NCBI GenBank assembly: GCA_945834475.1
Contig: CAMAHK010000002.1
Coordinates: 27,642 to 91,641, forward strand
DNA length: 64,000 bases
Reading direction: 5' to 3'
Source of the DNA: an uncultured Verrucomicrobiota bacterium
GTDB taxonomy: Bacteria; Verrucomicrobiota; Kiritimatiellia; RFP12; UBA1067
Shown here: one piece after another, positions 1 through 10,683 of the stretch
Layout: the number at the start of each line of letters is the position of its first letter
How positions within the stretch are numbered: the first letter of the stretch is position 1
Made by a program: the position numbers and the translations under genes
Notes under the pieces: generated by a model
What the model saw: the letters and a program-made list of their open reading frames with translations, nothing else
What the model was told of the DNA's origin: nothing
The model's database searches: none

Positions 1-245
1 ACATCTCCGGCACCGTTCCCCCGCCGTGGAATTGGCCGACCGGCTGCGCGTTTCACCCGCGCTGTCCGAAATTTAAACCCGCCTGCGCCGCGCCCGACTT
101 CAACGGATTGTGCTTTTGTCTTAGGGAAAACGCAAATTCTTGAGTTTTCCCCCTTGCACACAACCACAAAATATTGTAAACTACAGGCATCACAAAGGAA
201 AGCCCCTGCGTGAGTCAGTACTGATAAATAAAAAGGATCAAAAAA

Positions 246-548
246 ATGGCTAAGAAGGAAATCGTCCCGACCACCAAGAGCGGCATCATGGCCGCGATCG
301 CGGAAGCCGCCGGCATCACCAAGAAGCAGGCCGTCGCCGCGTACGACAAGCTCATCGACATCGCCGTCAAGGGCGCGAAGCAGGAAGAAAAGGGCATCAT
401 GCTCCCGGCTCTCGGCAAGGTGAAGCTCGTCAAGCGTCCGGCTCGCACGGGCCGCAATCCTGCGACGGGCGAGACGATCAAGATCAAGGCGAAGAAGGTC
501 GCCAAGATCGTCGCGTGCAAGGCGCTCAAGGATGCGATCCTCGGCTAA
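246..548 (+). CDS. hup: HU-family histone-like DNA-binding protein
   Basis: 100-aa ORF beginning MAKKEIV with a GRNPATGE motif and an arginine/lysine-rich DNA-binding arm. A terminator hairpin follows. Confidence 0.85.
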   Translation: MAKKEIVPTTKSGIMAAIAEAAGITKKQAVAAYDKLIDIAVKGAKQEEKGIMLPALGKVKLVKRPARTGRNPATGETIKIKAKKVAKIVACKALKDAILG

Positions 549-576
549 CCGCCGCGCATCTGCTTAAGATGCGAAA

Positions 577-612
577 AACGCGGGCTCATACGAGTCCGCG
601 TTTATTTTATCG
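577..612 (+). terminator. Rho-independent terminator after hup
   Basis: Imperfect GC hairpin AACGCGGGCTC..GAGTCCGCGTT followed by TTTATTTTAT. Confidence 0.5.
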
Positions 613-625
613 TCATTCGACTCGC

Positions 626-1237
626 CTAGCGCAACAGAAATGGATTGGACGATTTCTCGTCGCCGATGGTTGTCTGGGGACCGTGTCCGGGGATGACAAC
701 CGTGTCATTCGGCAGTTTCACGAGTTTGGCGAGGGACGCCATCAGTGTCGCCATGTCTCCGCCGGGGAAGTCGGTGCGACCGACCGAGCCCGCGAAGAGC
801 GTGTCGCCCGAGAGCAGGAGTTTCCGCTCGGGAAAGTGATAACAGACACCGCCCGGCGTATGACCGGGCGTCGCGATGACCTGGACGCCCGGCAGCCCGT
901 CGATCGCATCGTCTTCCTTCAGACCGACAAGATTCGTCGGCTTCGTGATCGCCGGATAGTCCGGCGGCATCTGGTTGAAGGGATGGGTCAGGACGGGAAT
1001 ATCCTTTTCACCCACGTAGACGGGAAGCCCCGGGAAGCGACGCTGGAGGTCGTTGACCGCACCGATATGATCGAAGTGTCCGTGGGTGAGCAGAATGCCG
1101 TCCGGTTCAAGCGCCAGCTTCTTGAGCTGGGCGGCGATGAGCAGCCCCTCGCTCCCGGGATCGACGATCCAGGCCTTGCCGTCAACCGACAGAATCGTAC
1201 AGTTGACGGCATACGCGCCGACTTCCAGCGTCGTCAT
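626..1237 (-). CDS. MBL-fold metallo-hydrolase (glyoxalase-II-like)
   Basis: THGHFDHIG (HxHxDH) motif and downstream His/Asp ligands. ATG confirmed at 1235-1237. Confidence 0.75.
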   Translation of the reverse strand: MTTLEVGAYAVNCTILSVDGKAWIVDPGSEGLLIAAQLKKLALEPDGILLTHGHFDHIGAVNDLQRRFPGLPVYVGEKDIPVLTHPFNQMPPDYPAITKPTNLVGLKEDDAIDGLPGVQVIATPGHTPGGVCYHFPERKLLLSGDTLFAGSVGRTDFPGGDMATLMASLAKLVKLPNDTVVIPGHGPQTTIGDEKSSNPFLLR

Positions 1238-1251
1238 GGTTTCGTTTCCCC

Positions 1252-2451
1252 TTAAAGAACCTTGTTAAGGCGCTCAATCGCCTCGAGGACATTTGCCCGC
1301 GAGTTGAACGCGCTGATACGAATGTAGCCTTCGCCCGCCTTGCCGAAGCCGGCACCCGGCGTGGTGACGACGTTCGCCTCCTTGAGAAGCTTGTCGAAGA
1401 ACTCCCAGCTGTCACCCTTCACGTCGACCCACACATACGGCGAATCGACGCCGCCCGTCACCGTATAGCCCTTCGCCGCGAGCGCCTCGCGCACGAGCTT
1501 CGCGTTCTCAAGATAGAAGTCAATCGTCGCCTTCGTCTCGGCCTGGCCTTCCGGCGTGTAGATCGCCTCGGCACCGCGCTGCGTGATGTAGCTCGCACCG
1601 TTGAACTTCGTCGTCTGGCGACGCGTCCACATCGGCTTCAGGGGCACGGGCGTTCCGTCCGCCGCGTAGGCGTTGAGTTCGCTCGGCACGACCGTGTAGC
1701 CGCAACGGATGCCCGTGAAGCCCGCCGTCTTCGAATAGGAGCGGAACTCGATCGCGCACGTGCGCGCGCCGTCACACTCGTAAATCGAATGGGGAATCCC
1801 CGGCGTGCGGATGAAGGCCTCGTAGGCGGCATCGAAAAGAATGAGCTTCTTGTTCGCGTTCGCCCAATCAACCCACTTCTGGAGCTGGGCCTTCGTCGCG
1901 ACCGCACCCGTCGGGTTGTTCGGATAGCAGAGATAAACAACGTCCGCGTCGCCCGCCGCCTCAGGCCCCGGCACGAAGTTATTCTCGGCCGTGCAGGGCA
2001 GAAGCGTGATGTCGTGACGGCCGGCCATCACGTTCGTGTCGACATAGACCGGGTAGACGGGATCGCCGACCGCAATCTTGACGTCCGCGCCGAAGAGCTC
2101 CTGGATATTGCCGCAGTCGCACTTCGCACCATCGGAGACGAGAATCTCGTCCGCCTTGATGTCCATCCCACGGTCGTTGAAGTCGACCTTTGCGATCTTG
2201 TCACGGAGAAATGCATAGCCCTGTTCGGGACCGTAACCGTAAAACTTCTCGCCCTTGCCGGCTTCGTCGTCGATCGCCTTGTGCATCGCCGCAATGACGG
2301 ATGGCGCCAGCGGCTCGGTAACGTCGCCGATGCCGAGTCGAATGATCTTCGCTTCGGGATGCGCGGCTTGGTGGGCGGACACGCGATGGGCGATCTCCGC
2401 GAAAAGATACGTGGGCTTGATTTTCGAGTAATTCTCGTTAACGTGCAGCAT
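1252..2451 (-). CDS. dapL: LL-diaminopimelate aminotransferase
   Basis: Class-I aminotransferase with typical DapL N-terminus [20 protein letters not shown] and a [14 protein letters not shown] lysine motif. Start placed at the ATG at 2449-2451, not at the longer ORF-track extension. Confidence 0.8.
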   Translation of the reverse strand: MLHVNENYSKIKPTYLFAEIAHRVSAHQAAHPEAKIIRLGIGDVTEPLAPSVIAAMHKAIDDEAGKGEKFYGYGPEQGYAFLRDKIAKVDFNDRGMDIKADEILVSDGAKCDCGNIQELFGADVKIAVGDPVYPVYVDTNVMAGRHDITLLPCTAENNFVPGPEAAGDADVVYLCYPNNPTGAVATKAQLQKWVDWANANKKLILFDAAYEAFIRTPGIPHSIYECDGARTCAIEFRSYSKTAGFTGIRCGYTVVPSELNAYAADGTPVPLKPMWTRRQTTKFNGASYITQRGAEAIYTPEGQAETKATIDFYLENAKLVREALAAKGYTVTGGVDSPYVWVDVKGDSWEFFDKLLKEANVVTTPGAGFGKAGEGYIRISAFNSRANVLEAIERLNKVL

Positions 2452-3955
2452 GGTCTTGTTCCTTAGGTAAAAATCCGGGTAGCGTGGCCAGGGTGACGAA
2501 AAAGAGCGACAGCACCGCCGGTGACCGCAGGGGACAGTCACTAAAGGCGTGAATAAGCGTGGCCAGCAGGGAAAGAAGGCACATGAAGACCGGAGCCGGC
2601 AGCGCAAAAATCTGAACGGGTTTGGCGGGCGCCCGTTTCTTTTCGGTGAACAGGGCTGTCTTGATCAGTTTCTTCCAGGTCCGGCAGACCGGAATGAGCA
2701 AGAGGACGACAAGGGCCACGACCGCACCAAAACCGACCAAGCCGTGCTCGGTCAGGAACTGGAGATAGTCGTTATGGACATTGGTTCCGCCGTATTGCTG
2801 AAGACCCTTGCGTTCCGCTGGCGTCATTGCCGAAACACAGAAATGCTTGTAACCCCAACCGCCACAACCAAACAGCTTGTGATCCCGCCAAATCTGGGCC
2901 GCAACCCGAGGATGATAATCGCCTTTCCCCGTTACGCGATTTAGGACAACATCCGTATCAAGTGTGTTAATCTCGCGCTGGACGTCCTTCGGCATCGAGG
3001 AAACCGCAAAGAACGCGACAAGACCGACGGCGGCCACGGCAATCGTACCCTTCTTCACCTTGTCCTTTCGAGGCATACGATGCGTGATGTCCAGCAAGGT
3101 ATGGATGAACGCGATGACGAGGATGACGTTGACAAGAATGATTGCCGCGCGCGAAAGCGTACTGATCGCGGCAAAGTACAAGACACCGGCCGGCACAAGC
3201 ATGAGGTGACGATCCCAGAACTGCCGATGGCGATTTCGTGCCGAGGGAGCCTGCGACGTCTTCTGACGGGCGTCAATTTCCAGGTTATGACTACGCCACA
3301 CGGCGACCGCAAGACCGAACAGGAACGTGAAATAATCCCCCGCCATGTTGGGATAGCCGAACGTCGAGAAGAATGTGGACTTGCCAAAGGGAAAGAAAAT
3401 CTTCTGCCACAAAGGACCCTCGGCGTCGGTCGCGATCTGAAGGAAGCCGACAAGTGCGAGGGCAAATCCGTTCCAGACAATCAGCTCCAAGAGCATGCGC
3501 TTGCCGTGTGCCACAAGCGCATGCCGGGTGACAGCCAGACAGGAAAGCGATACGGCGAACCAAAGGAACACGTTATAATGATCCAGACGGTTGACGCAAA
3601 ACGGCAGGAACTTCACTGGGGGCGCCGGACTGATCCCCTGCGCAATCAGCTGACTGTCGCAACCGACGCAAAGGCCGTTGTTTGCAAAGGGAATCGCCAG
3701 CATAAAGACAAGGCCGAGCGACGTCAAGAAGACCGGGTCTTTCTTGAGCGCATGCCAAACGCGTTCGCGCGCCTCGTAGGTCGTTTCGCTCGCACGTTTC
3801 TGGGGAAAGAGAAAGAGAACCTGAGCCAACATCAAAATCATCCAAGGCGCAGCATACGACAAGACGTCCGAACGTGTCCCGCCGAAAAGCCAGCCTAAGG
3901 CGGAGACGACGCCGGCGACGTAGAGAACCGCGAGATTATTGTAGATGAAGGACAT
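2438..3955 (-). CDS. O-antigen ligase (Wzy_C) family polytopic membrane protein
   Basis: Many transmembrane segments plus the [18 protein letters not shown] Wzy_C signature. The ATG at 3953-3955 overlaps the ispG end by about 20 nt. Confidence 0.55.
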   Translation of the reverse strand: MSFIYNNLAVLYVAGVVSALGWLFGGTRSDVLSYAAPWMILMLAQVLFLFPQKRASETTYEARERVWHALKKDPVFLTSLGLVFMLAIPFANNGLCVGCDSQLIAQGISPAPPVKFLPFCVNRLDHYNVFLWFAVSLSCLAVTRHALVAHGKRMLLELIVWNGFALALVGFLQIATDAEGPLWQKIFFPFGKSTFFSTFGYPNMAGDYFTFLFGLAVAVWRSHNLEIDARQKTSQAPSARNRHRQFWDRHLMLVPAGVLYFAAISTLSRAAIILVNVILVIAFIHTLLDITHRMPRKDKVKKGTIAVAAVGLVAFFAVSSMPKDVQREINTLDTDVVLNRVTGKGDYHPRVAAQIWRDHKLFGCGGWGYKHFCVSAMTPAERKGLQQYGGTNVHNDYLQFLTEHGLVGFGAVVALVVLLLIPVCRTWKKLIKTALFTEKKRAPAKPVQIFALPAPVFMCLLSLLATLIHAFSDCPLRSPAVLSLFFVTLATLPGFLPKEQDHAAR

Positions 3956-5003
3956 GCTCAACCACCTTTTGAACAGCTTCAGATTCGGACACCTTCTCGA
4001 CAGGTTGTCCCTTCACATACAGAACGAACTCGCCCTGACCGCCGCAAAGCGCGACCTCCGCGCCCTTCGCCTCACCGGGACCGTTCACGACACACCCCAT
4101 CACCGCAACATGCGGCAGGTTCGGATGGTCGAATGCGAGCGTCTCGAGCGCATCCTCGACCTGCGTCGCAATGCGGACGAGATCGACCTTGGTGCGTCCG
4201 CATGTCGGGCAGCTCGTGATCGACGGCCCCGCCGTGCGCAAGCCGAGCGAGCGCAAAATCTCAAGCCCGACCTTCACTTCCTTCTCGGGTTTGGCCGTGA
4301 GCGAGACACGAATCGTGTCACCGATCCCTTCCGAGAGAAGGATTCCGAGCGCCACCGAATTGCGCACCGCGCCCGGAATGAGCGTTCCAGCCTCGGTGAC
4401 GCCAAGATGGAGCGGACAGTCCGTCTTCTCCGCAAGGAGCCGGTACGTCGCCAATGTCGCCGGTACGTTCGAGGCCTTCGCCGAGATGACGACGTCGTGA
4501 AAATCTTCGTCCTCCAGGAGTTTCAGATGCTCAAGCGCGGACGCGACCAACGCCTCGGCGCAACTCATCTCACCCGCCCGGTAGCGCGCGTCGAGGTCCT
4601 TCTGCAGCGACCCGAGGTTGACGCCGATGCGGATCGGCGTCCCCGCCGCCTTCGCCGCCTGCGCGACCGCCGCGACGTTCGCCGCCCCGCCGATGTTCCC
4701 GGGATTGAGGCGCAGCGCGTCCACCCCGTTCTCAATCGCCGCGAGCGCACAACGGTAGTCGAAGTGAATGTCGGCGATGAGCGGAATCGACACCGCCTTC
4801 TTGACCTCCCCCAACACTTTCGCGGCATCAAGGTCCGGTACCGTCAACCGCATCAGATCGCACCCGCGCGCCGCACAGCTTTCGATCTGCTCGATCAACG
4901 CCGCCGCATCGTGCGGATCGGCATTCGCCATCGACTGTACGCTGACCGGCGCACCGCCGCCAATCAGGACAGACCCGACTCGAACCTGACGCGTCTTCCT
5001 CAT
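3936..5003 (-). CDS. ispG: 4-hydroxy-3-methylbut-2-enyl diphosphate synthase (GcpE)
   Basis: N-terminus RQVRVGSVLIGGGAPVSVQSM and Fe-S cysteines (CPTCGR). The ATG overlaps the rseP stop in an ATGA arrangement. Confidence 0.9.
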   Translation of the reverse strand: MRKTRQVRVGSVLIGGGAPVSVQSMANADPHDAAALIEQIESCAARGCDLMRLTVPDLDAAKVLGEVKKAVSIPLIADIHFDYRCALAAIENGVDALRLNPGNIGGAANVAAVAQAAKAAGTPIRIGVNLGSLQKDLDARYRAGEMSCAEALVASALEHLKLLEDEDFHDVVISAKASNVPATLATYRLLAEKTDCPLHLGVTEAGTLIPGAVRNSVALGILLSEGIGDTIRVSLTAKPEKEVKVGLEILRSLGLRTAGPSITSCPTCGRTKVDLVRIATQVEDALETLAFDHPNLPHVAVMGCVVNGPGEAKGAEVALCGGQGEFVLYVKGQPVEKVSESEAVQKVVEHVLHLQ

Positions 5004-6163
5004 TTCGCCTGCTCCGCCTGCGGCTCCGGCTGATACATATGGATCTTGTAGCTCCGCCAGCTGTCTTTCAAGATCAGCACCGCCATCAGGAGCATTAAGA
5101 GTCCCATGAAGAAGAGCGACGCGTACTTAACGATGCAGTCCGGCACACGGCGACGAAAAACAAGCGCAATCAACGCGAAAAGGATAAGTCCGCCGTCCAG
5201 CACCGGAATCGGGAGGAGGTTGAGAACCGCCAGGTTGACGTTAAGAAAGCGCAGGAAGCCGAGACCGTCCCACGGACTCTTGCGCATCGAACGGTAGATG
5301 CCTTCCGCAATCATCACGGGCCCGCCCAGTGCTCCAGCCGTGGCCTTCGCCTCCTTCGGCGTGACAAGCCCCTTCAGGATGCGCACAATCGACCCTGCGT
5401 CCCACGCGAGCTGCTTGATCGGATTGCGATCCGGCATCCACGCGACCGCACCCGCATGATTCGTCGTCGAGAGCGCCATGATGAAATACGCACCCGACAC
5501 ATCGTTCTTCTCGGGCGTGACGGCCACCATCAGCGGATCCGCTCCCGAGCGTTCGACCGTGAAGTCCACAGTCTTGCCCCCCGAGATCTGCACCTCGGTC
5601 TGCATCTCCGTCCAGTTCGCCACGGGACGCTCCCCGACCGCGACCACTCGATCGCCCGCCTGAAGTCCAGCCTTCGCCGCAGGACCGTCCGGCAAAACAT
5701 CCCCGAGGATCGCCGGAATCTCGCCGAACCGCGCCCCCGGAATCAACGCGAGCACACACGCCAGAACAATCGCCAACACGATATTCATTGCCGGACCCGC
5801 CACAGCGACCAACAACTCCTTCCACGCCGGAATCTTCTCAGCCTCCGTACCGCGGTGCGTCTCGCCCGCGGCGCTTCCTCCTTCCCCATCCACCTGAGCA
5901 CGCGCCCCCTCCAGAGCCTTCGCGCCCTCCGGATCCACATCGGGAATCGACACATATCCGCCCAGGGGGATTGCACTGATACGATACTCGATACCATTCA
6001 CGGTCTTCTTCCAAAGCGCCGGCCCGAAGCCGATCGAAAAGGCCTCGACGCGCAGCCCCAGCTTAAGCGCCACGATGAAATGGCCGAATTCATGCACGAG
6101 AATCGCCAGGGCGAAGAGAAGCACGCAGGCGATGACGTAAGCGATGGTGATGAGGATTTCCAT
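5000..6163 (-). CDS. rseP: RIP site-2 metalloprotease RseP
   Basis: HEFGHF zinc motif in the first transmembrane segment, PDZ-like middle region and C-terminal LDGG. Start chosen at MEILITIAY (ATG at 6161-6163). Contains an in-frame repeat encoding SAAGETHRGT. Confidence 0.85.
   Translation of the reverse strand: MEILITIAYVIACVLLFALAILVHEFGHFIVALKLGLRVEAFSIGFGPALWKKTVNGIEYRISAIPLGGYVSIPDVDPEGAKALEGARAQVDGEGGSAAGETHRGTEAEKIPAWKELLVAVAGPAMNIVLAIVLACVLALIPGARFGEIPAILGDVLPDGPAAKAGLQAGDRVVAVGERPVANWTEMQTEVQISGGKTVDFTVERSGADPLMVAVTPEKNDVSGAYFIMALSTTNHAGAVAWMPDRNPIKQLAWDAGSIVRILKGLVTPKEAKATAGALGGPVMIAEGIYRSMRKSPWDGLGFLRFLNVNLAVLNLLPIPVLDGGLILFALIALVFRRRVPDCIVKYASLFFMGLLMLLMAVLILKDSWRSYKIHMYQPEPQAEQAK
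5846..5873. repeat. Family-A palindromic element, intragenic and in frame (rseP)
   Basis: CGTACCGCGGTGCGTCTCGCCCGCGGCG. Confidence 0.7.
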
Positions 6164-6206
6164 TGATATAGGGTTGAGGTGAAAGATTGAGGTTGACAAT
6201 GGTGGT

Positions 6207-7355
6207 TTAAGTTCTTAGAAATGACTGCGTCCAGCGGACGGCTTCGTCGACGGCGGCGAGGGAATCGCAGGCGAAACGCGGGGCCTTTTCCAGCGACTCT
6301 TCGACGAGCCGCGCGATGTCGGTGTAGGCGATGCGTCCCTTGAGAAACGCATCGACCGCCCATTCGTCCGCCGCCGCGAGAACCGCCGTCGCACAGCCGC
6401 CCCTCGCGAGCGCGTCCTTCACGAGCCGCAGGCACGGGAAGCGCACGGGATCGGGCGCACGGAACGTGAGCGTCGCAAGCTTCGCGAGATCGAGCGTCTC
6501 GCGCTTGCTCGGCAAACGGTCGGGCCAGGTGAGCGCATACTGGATCGCCACGCGCATGTCGGGCGGCGAGAGTTGCGCGAGCGTCGCGCCGTCCACGAAC
6601 GTGACGAGCGAATGCACGATCGACTCGGGATGCACCACGACATCGATCTGGTCGTAGCCGACGTCGAAAAGCCACTTGGCCTCGATGACCTCGAAGCCCT
6701 TGTTCATCATCGTCGAGGAGTCAATCGTCACCTTCGGGCCCATCTTCCAGCGCGGGTGATCGAGCGCCTCGGCAACCGTGACCTTCGACAAGTCCGCCGG
6801 CCCGTCCAGGAACGGCCCGCCCGAGGCCGTCAGAATCAGTTTGGAGACGCCGTGGGCGAGACGCACCACGGTACGTGGTGGGGTCAGCATCGTACCGCGG
6901 TGTGTCTCGCCCGCGGCACTCACCCAGCACCCTGTCGCCAGACACTGGAAGATCGCCGAGTGCTCGCTGTCGACCGGCAGGAATCGGACACCCTTCTCCG
7001 CCGCGCGCTTCGTCACGAGTTCGCCGGCCATGACCATCACTTCCTTCGTCGCGAGGGCGATATCCATACCCTTGGCGATTGCCGCCAGGGTCGGCCTAAG
7101 CCCGCTCATGCCGACCGTCGCCACAAGGCAGATGTCGGCGTCGTTTTCCTCGACCGCGCGCACAGCAGCGTCTTCGCCGACATAGGCACGGCAGCCGAAT
7201 TCGGTCGCCAGCGCTTCGCACTTCTCCTTGGATCGCAGAGCCGCTAACGCGACGATTTCAAAGGCGTCTGGATGTGACCGAACGACATCGATCGCATTCA
7301 TGCCGATCGACCCCGTCGCTCCGAGTATGATGAGTCTTTTTCTATCCGCCGTCAT
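6207..7355 (-). CDS. dxr: 1-deoxy-D-xylulose-5-phosphate reductoisomerase
   Basis: Signature LGATGSIG...HP and full-length similarity. ATG at 7353-7355 (TTG three bases upstream). Contains an in-frame repeat encoding VSAAGETHRGT. Confidence 0.9.
   Translation of the reverse strand: MTADRKRLIILGATGSIGMNAIDVVRSHPDAFEIVALAALRSKEKCEALATEFGCRAYVGEDAAVRAVEENDADICLVATVGMSGLRPTLAAIAKGMDIALATKEVMVMAGELVTKRAAEKGVRFLPVDSEHSAIFQCLATGCWVSAAGETHRGTMLTPPRTVVRLAHGVSKLILTASGGPFLDGPADLSKVTVAEALDHPRWKMGPKVTIDSSTMMNKGFEVIEAKWLFDVGYDQIDVVVHPESIVHSLVTFVDGATLAQLSPPDMRVAIQYALTWPDRLPSKRETLDLAKLATLTFRAPDPVRFPCLRLVKDALARGGCATAVLAAADEWAVDAFLKGRIAYTDIARLVEESLEKAPRFACDSLAAVDEAVRWTQSFLRT
6891..6917. repeat. Family-A element, intragenic and in frame (dxr)
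   Basis: CGTACCGCGGTGTGTCTCGCCCGCGGC. Confidence 0.7.
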
Positions 7356-7366
7356 CAAGCCTATAT

Positions 7367-7375
7367 TATATCAAA
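7367..7375 (-). promoter_or_regulatory. TGATATAAT extended -10 upstream of dxr
   Basis: On the minus strand, TGATATAATATAGGCTTG then ATG. Confidence 0.45.
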
Positions 7376-7452
7376 TTCAAAGAAGCCGACGGACAATCCA
7401 TTCCCAAGCAATCAGCCGCCATTCGACCGGGGCGCCTTCGGGCTTAAGAATT

Positions 7453-8223
7453 TCAGGGATAGTCCGCCGGCAAAGTGAGGACTTCGCACCCGTCGTCGGT
7501 GATCGCGACGGTGTGCTCGAAATGGGCGGCCAGCGAGCGGTCGCGCGTCACGACCGTCCAGTCGTTCGAGAGGACATCCGTCTTCTCGCCCGCCTTCGTC
7601 ATCGTGATCATCGGCTCGATCGCAATCGTCATGCCCGGACGCAAGACGAGTTTCGTCCCCGGCTTGCCGTAGTTCGGCACCTCCGGGTCTTCGTGCACGT
7701 CACGCCCGACGCCATGGCCGATCCAATCACGAACGACGCCAAAGCCGGCCGCTTCCGCGACCAGCTGGATCGCATAGCCGACATCGCCAAGGTGGACGCC
7801 CGGCCCACACGCGGCGATGCCCGCCTTGAGACAGGCCTTCGTCGTTTCCACAAGACGGATGATCTCGGGATCCGTCACGCCGAGCATCACCGTGCGCGAC
7901 GTGTCACCGTTGAATCCGTTCTTGAGGATGCCGACGTCGGTCTTCACGAGGTCACCCGGCATAATCACGCGGCTGCGCGAGGGAATGCCGTGAATGACCT
8001 CGTCGTTGATCGAGACACACAAGTGCCCCGGAAAGCCCGCATACTTATAGAAGCTCGCCTTGACCTTGTGCTTCTCACAGTAGTCGACAACAAGATCGTC
8101 AATATCGGCCGTCGTCATCCCGGGTGAAACCGCCTTCGCGCAGATGTCGCGAATTTCCGCGCTCATCCGGCAGGCTTCTCGCATCCGATCGATTTCCGCC
8201 TTGGTTTTAATGTCAACCTTCAT
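7453..8223 (-). CDS. map: Type I methionine aminopeptidase
   Basis: Pita-bread fold with metal ligands (D..D..H..E..E), full length. Confidence 0.9.
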   Translation of the reverse strand: MKVDIKTKAEIDRMREACRMSAEIRDICAKAVSPGMTTADIDDLVVDYCEKHKVKASFYKYAGFPGHLCVSINDEVIHGIPSRSRVIMPGDLVKTDVGILKNGFNGDTSRTVMLGVTDPEIIRLVETTKACLKAGIAACGPGVHLGDVGYAIQLVAEAAGFGVVRDWIGHGVGRDVHEDPEVPNYGKPGTKLVLRPGMTIAIEPMITMTKAGEKTDVLSNDWTVVTRDRSLAAHFEHTVAITDDGCEVLTLPADYP

Positions 8224-8265
8224 GACTCACTCGCCACCAACCATCAACCAACAACCAACAACCAA

Positions 8266-8898
8266 TCACATGACCGCGATGAAGTTCTTCGCGACCGTGT
8301 CGATCGGATCGGTGCCGACGACCGTCTTGAGGACACCCTTGTCCTCGTAGAACTTGATCAACGGCTCGGTCTCGCCGTGATAGACGACGAGGCGGTCCTT
8401 GACCGTGTCGGGATTGTCGTCCTTGCGGATCGTGAGCTCCGCGCCGCAGACGTCGCAGATGCCCTCCACCTTCGGCGGGAGGTTCTTGACGTGGTAGCCG
8501 GCTTTGCACTTCGGGCACGTGCGACGGCCCGCGATGCGGTCCTGGATGATCTCGTCCGGGACGTCGATGAGAACGGCCGACTTCACCGGCGCACCCATCT
8601 CCTCGAGGATCTTCGCCTGTGCGAGGTTGCGCGGAAAGCCGTCGAGGAGCATCGTCACGTCGCCCGTCGTTTCGGCGACAACATCCTTGATCATCTGCGC
8701 GATAAGCGCATCCGGAACAAGCTTGCCCGCTTCCATAAAGCCCTTGGCCTCGATGCCGGACGGCGTACCCTTCGCCACCGCGCCGCGGAGGAGATCACCC
8801 GACGAGACGTGCTTCAAGTTCGCGTTCTCGGCCGCGAGCTTGCCCGCAACCGTACCCTTCCCCGAGCCCGGGGCACCCAACAAAATGACAATGTTCAT
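8266..8898 (-). CDS. adk: Adenylate kinase (zinc-lid type)
   Basis: GAPGSGKGT P-loop and lid cysteines CPKC...CDVC. Confidence 0.9.
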   Translation of the reverse strand: MNIVILLGAPGSGKGTVAGKLAAENANLKHVSSGDLLRGAVAKGTPSGIEAKGFMEAGKLVPDALIAQMIKDVVAETTGDVTMLLDGFPRNLAQAKILEEMGAPVKSAVLIDVPDEIIQDRIAGRRTCPKCKAGYHVKNLPPKVEGICDVCGAELTIRKDDNPDTVKDRLVVYHGETEPLIKFYEDKGVLKTVVGTDPIDTVAKNFIAVM

Positions 8899-8938
8899 AG
8901 TTAAGTTGTATTATATCACAAATCGGGTGTTCTGATAA

Positions 8939-8967
8939 AAACAAAACCCCAATTTTCATTGGGGCCT
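8939..8967 (-). terminator. Terminator hairpin downstream of tRNA-Tyr
   Basis: On the minus strand, GGCCCCAATGAAAATTGGGG followed by TTTTGTTTTT. Confidence 0.55.
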
Positions 8968-8973
8968 CGTGAT

Positions 8974-9058
8974 TGGTGGTGGGGCAAGGATTCGAACCTT
9001 GGAAGGCATAGCCAGCAGATTTACAGTCTGCCCTCGTTGACCGCTTGAGTATCCCACC
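8974..9058 (-). tRNA. tRNA-Tyr (GTA)
   Basis: Cloverleaf read by eye: acceptor GGTGGGA, anticodon loop CTGTAAA, long variable arm, T-loop GGTTCGAATCC and an encoded CCA. Confidence 0.8.
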
Positions 9059-9156
9059 GAGAGACTTACACTTTGACATGCAAGTGGCGTGTAGTATATC
9101 ACACACCGGCCACCCGAGTCAATAGGGCAAAACGAAAATGTTGAAATGCTGAAGAC

Positions 9157-9744
9157 CTAGCGAAAGCCGAGGATCTTGTGGAGCTGAACGGAAAGCGAAA
9201 AACCGTCAAGTCGCGCAAGAATCGACTTCGCCGTGGCGAAATCGATAGTTCCGTCGCGTTCACAGGGCGAAATGTAGTAGTCGGTCGCCGCAATCCGCGT
9301 ACGGACGAGGTGTGCGAAATCAAGAACCGCCTCGGACGAGGCAACCAGGCGAACCTCGTTCGCCTTCGTGAGACGAATGCGGTCCGGATACTCGGCCTTG
9401 GGCGAACAGGCGACGTAATCGACTGCGGCAAGCCATGCCGGCTCGTTCGTCCCGTTCGTCTCAACACCGATCCAATAGCCCTCGGCCTTGAGCGCCGCGA
9501 CAAGCTCGTCCATCCCCTGCTGAATCGTCGGCTCGCCGCCCGTCAGGATCACGCTTTTCGTGCGATGGGTCTTCACTTCGGCAACAAGGTCGGCGAGCGA
9601 CAGCTCGAAGCGTTTCGCATGATCGGTATCGCACCAGGGACACGCCAGGTTGCAGCCTGCGAAACGCACGAAAACGACGGGCCTTCCCGTGTTGCGTCCT
9701 TCGCCCTGCAGCGACTCAAAGATCTCGACCAAGGGATAGTTCAT
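9157..9744 (-). CDS. queE: 7-carboxy-7-deazaguanine synthase (radical SAM)
   Basis: N-terminus MNYPLVEIFESLQGEGRNTGRPVVFVRFAGCNLACPWCDT is the characteristic QueE cluster. Confidence 0.85.
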   Translation of the reverse strand: MNYPLVEIFESLQGEGRNTGRPVVFVRFAGCNLACPWCDTDHAKRFELSLADLVAEVKTHRTKSVILTGGEPTIQQGMDELVAALKAEGYWIGVETNGTNEPAWLAAVDYVACSPKAEYPDRIRLTKANEVRLVASSEAVLDFAHLVRTRIAATDYYISPCERDGTIDFATAKSILARLDGFSLSVQLHKILGFR

Positions 9745-9750
9745 GGCCAG

Positions 9751-10653
9751 TCAGTTGCCCACCGACTCCCGAGAGTCGGTCGTCGCAAGGCGAGTGTCGA
9801 GAAACGTCTTGATGGCGCTGATACCGTAAATCGCCGCCGTCTCAGCTCGAAGGATCGTCGTGCCGAAGCTGACGGGCGTCGCGATCTCAAGGAGTGCCGA
9901 GAGTTCCTCCGGCGTGAAATCGCCCTCAGGGCCGACGTAGAGAGAAAACCCGTACCGCGAGCCGTCCTCGGCCGCGGCGGGTAAAAGCTCGCCATCGCCG
10001 CGGGCGAGGACGCACACTGCTCTAGCGACTGCCTTCGGCAGCTCGGCTTCGCCTCGGCAGATATGCGGTACGAGGCTCCCCAGCACCGCTCCAATCGTCC
10101 GTGGCGGCGGCATCGTAAGCGCCCCAACAAAGCACTGGGTTTCCCTGACAAGTGCGAGGGATTCGGCGAAGGTCACGGGAGCGAGCACCTCGGGAATCCA
10201 CTTCGCATCCGACTGCCGCGCCGCGTCCTCGGCGATGCGAGTCCAGCGCTCGCGTTTCGCCTCGCGCTCCTTCGCATCAACGCGCACGATCGTCCGGTCG
10301 GAGATGACCGGCACAATACGCGTGACGCCAAGTTCCGTCGCCTTCTCGATCGTCCAGTCCCACCGCGAGCCCTTCGTCACGCAGGCGAAGAGGATGAGAG
10401 AGGGAGGTGGAGGTTGGAGGTGGAGGTCTTCCGATTGCGGCGAGGCAGGAGTGCCTCGCCCCCGAGACACCAATGGGGACGCGACACTCTTGTCGCGTCG
10501 GAATAAGAAAACCCTCCACTTCCCCTTCCCGTCAAAGAGTTCGATCTCCTCGCCGTCCTTGGGGCGCAACACCTTCAGGTGATTCGCCGCCTCTTTGGAA
10601 AGCTGCGGTGCATCGGAAGAAAGTTCGGACGTAGGAACGAGGAGTCGGTGCAT
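9751..10653 (-). CDS. rsmE: 16S rRNA (uracil1498-N3)-methyltransferase
   Basis: PUA-like N-terminus and C-terminal ILRAETAAIYGISA motif. Carries two in-frame repeat insertions and a PPPP microsatellite. Confidence 0.65.
   Translation of the reverse strand: MHRLLVPTSELSSDAPQLSKEAANHLKVLRPKDGEEIELFDGKGKWRVFLFRRDKSVASPLVSRGRGTPASPQSEDLHLQPPPPSLILFACVTKGSRWDWTIEKATELGVTRIVPVISDRTIVRVDAKEREAKRERWTRIAEDAARQSDAKWIPEVLAPVTFAESLALVRETQCFVGALTMPPPRTIGAVLGSLVPHICRGEAELPKAVARAVCVLARGDGELLPAAAEDGSRYGFSLYVGPEGDFTPEELSALLEIATPVSFGTTILRAETAAIYGISAIKTFLDTRLATTDSRESVGN
9950..9988. repeat. Family-B element, in frame in rsmE
   Basis: CCGTACCGCGAGCCGTCCTCGGCCGCGGCGGGTAAAAGC. Confidence 0.7.
10439..10500. repeat. 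Family-C double-hairpin element, in frame in rsmE (plus purine-rich tandem at 10401-10427)
   Basis: GGCGAGGCAGGAGTGCCTCGCC ... GACGCGACACTCTTGTCGCGTC. Confidence 0.75.
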
Positions 10654-10683
10654 GGGACGAGACCGACGGCGAGGGCACCGTCG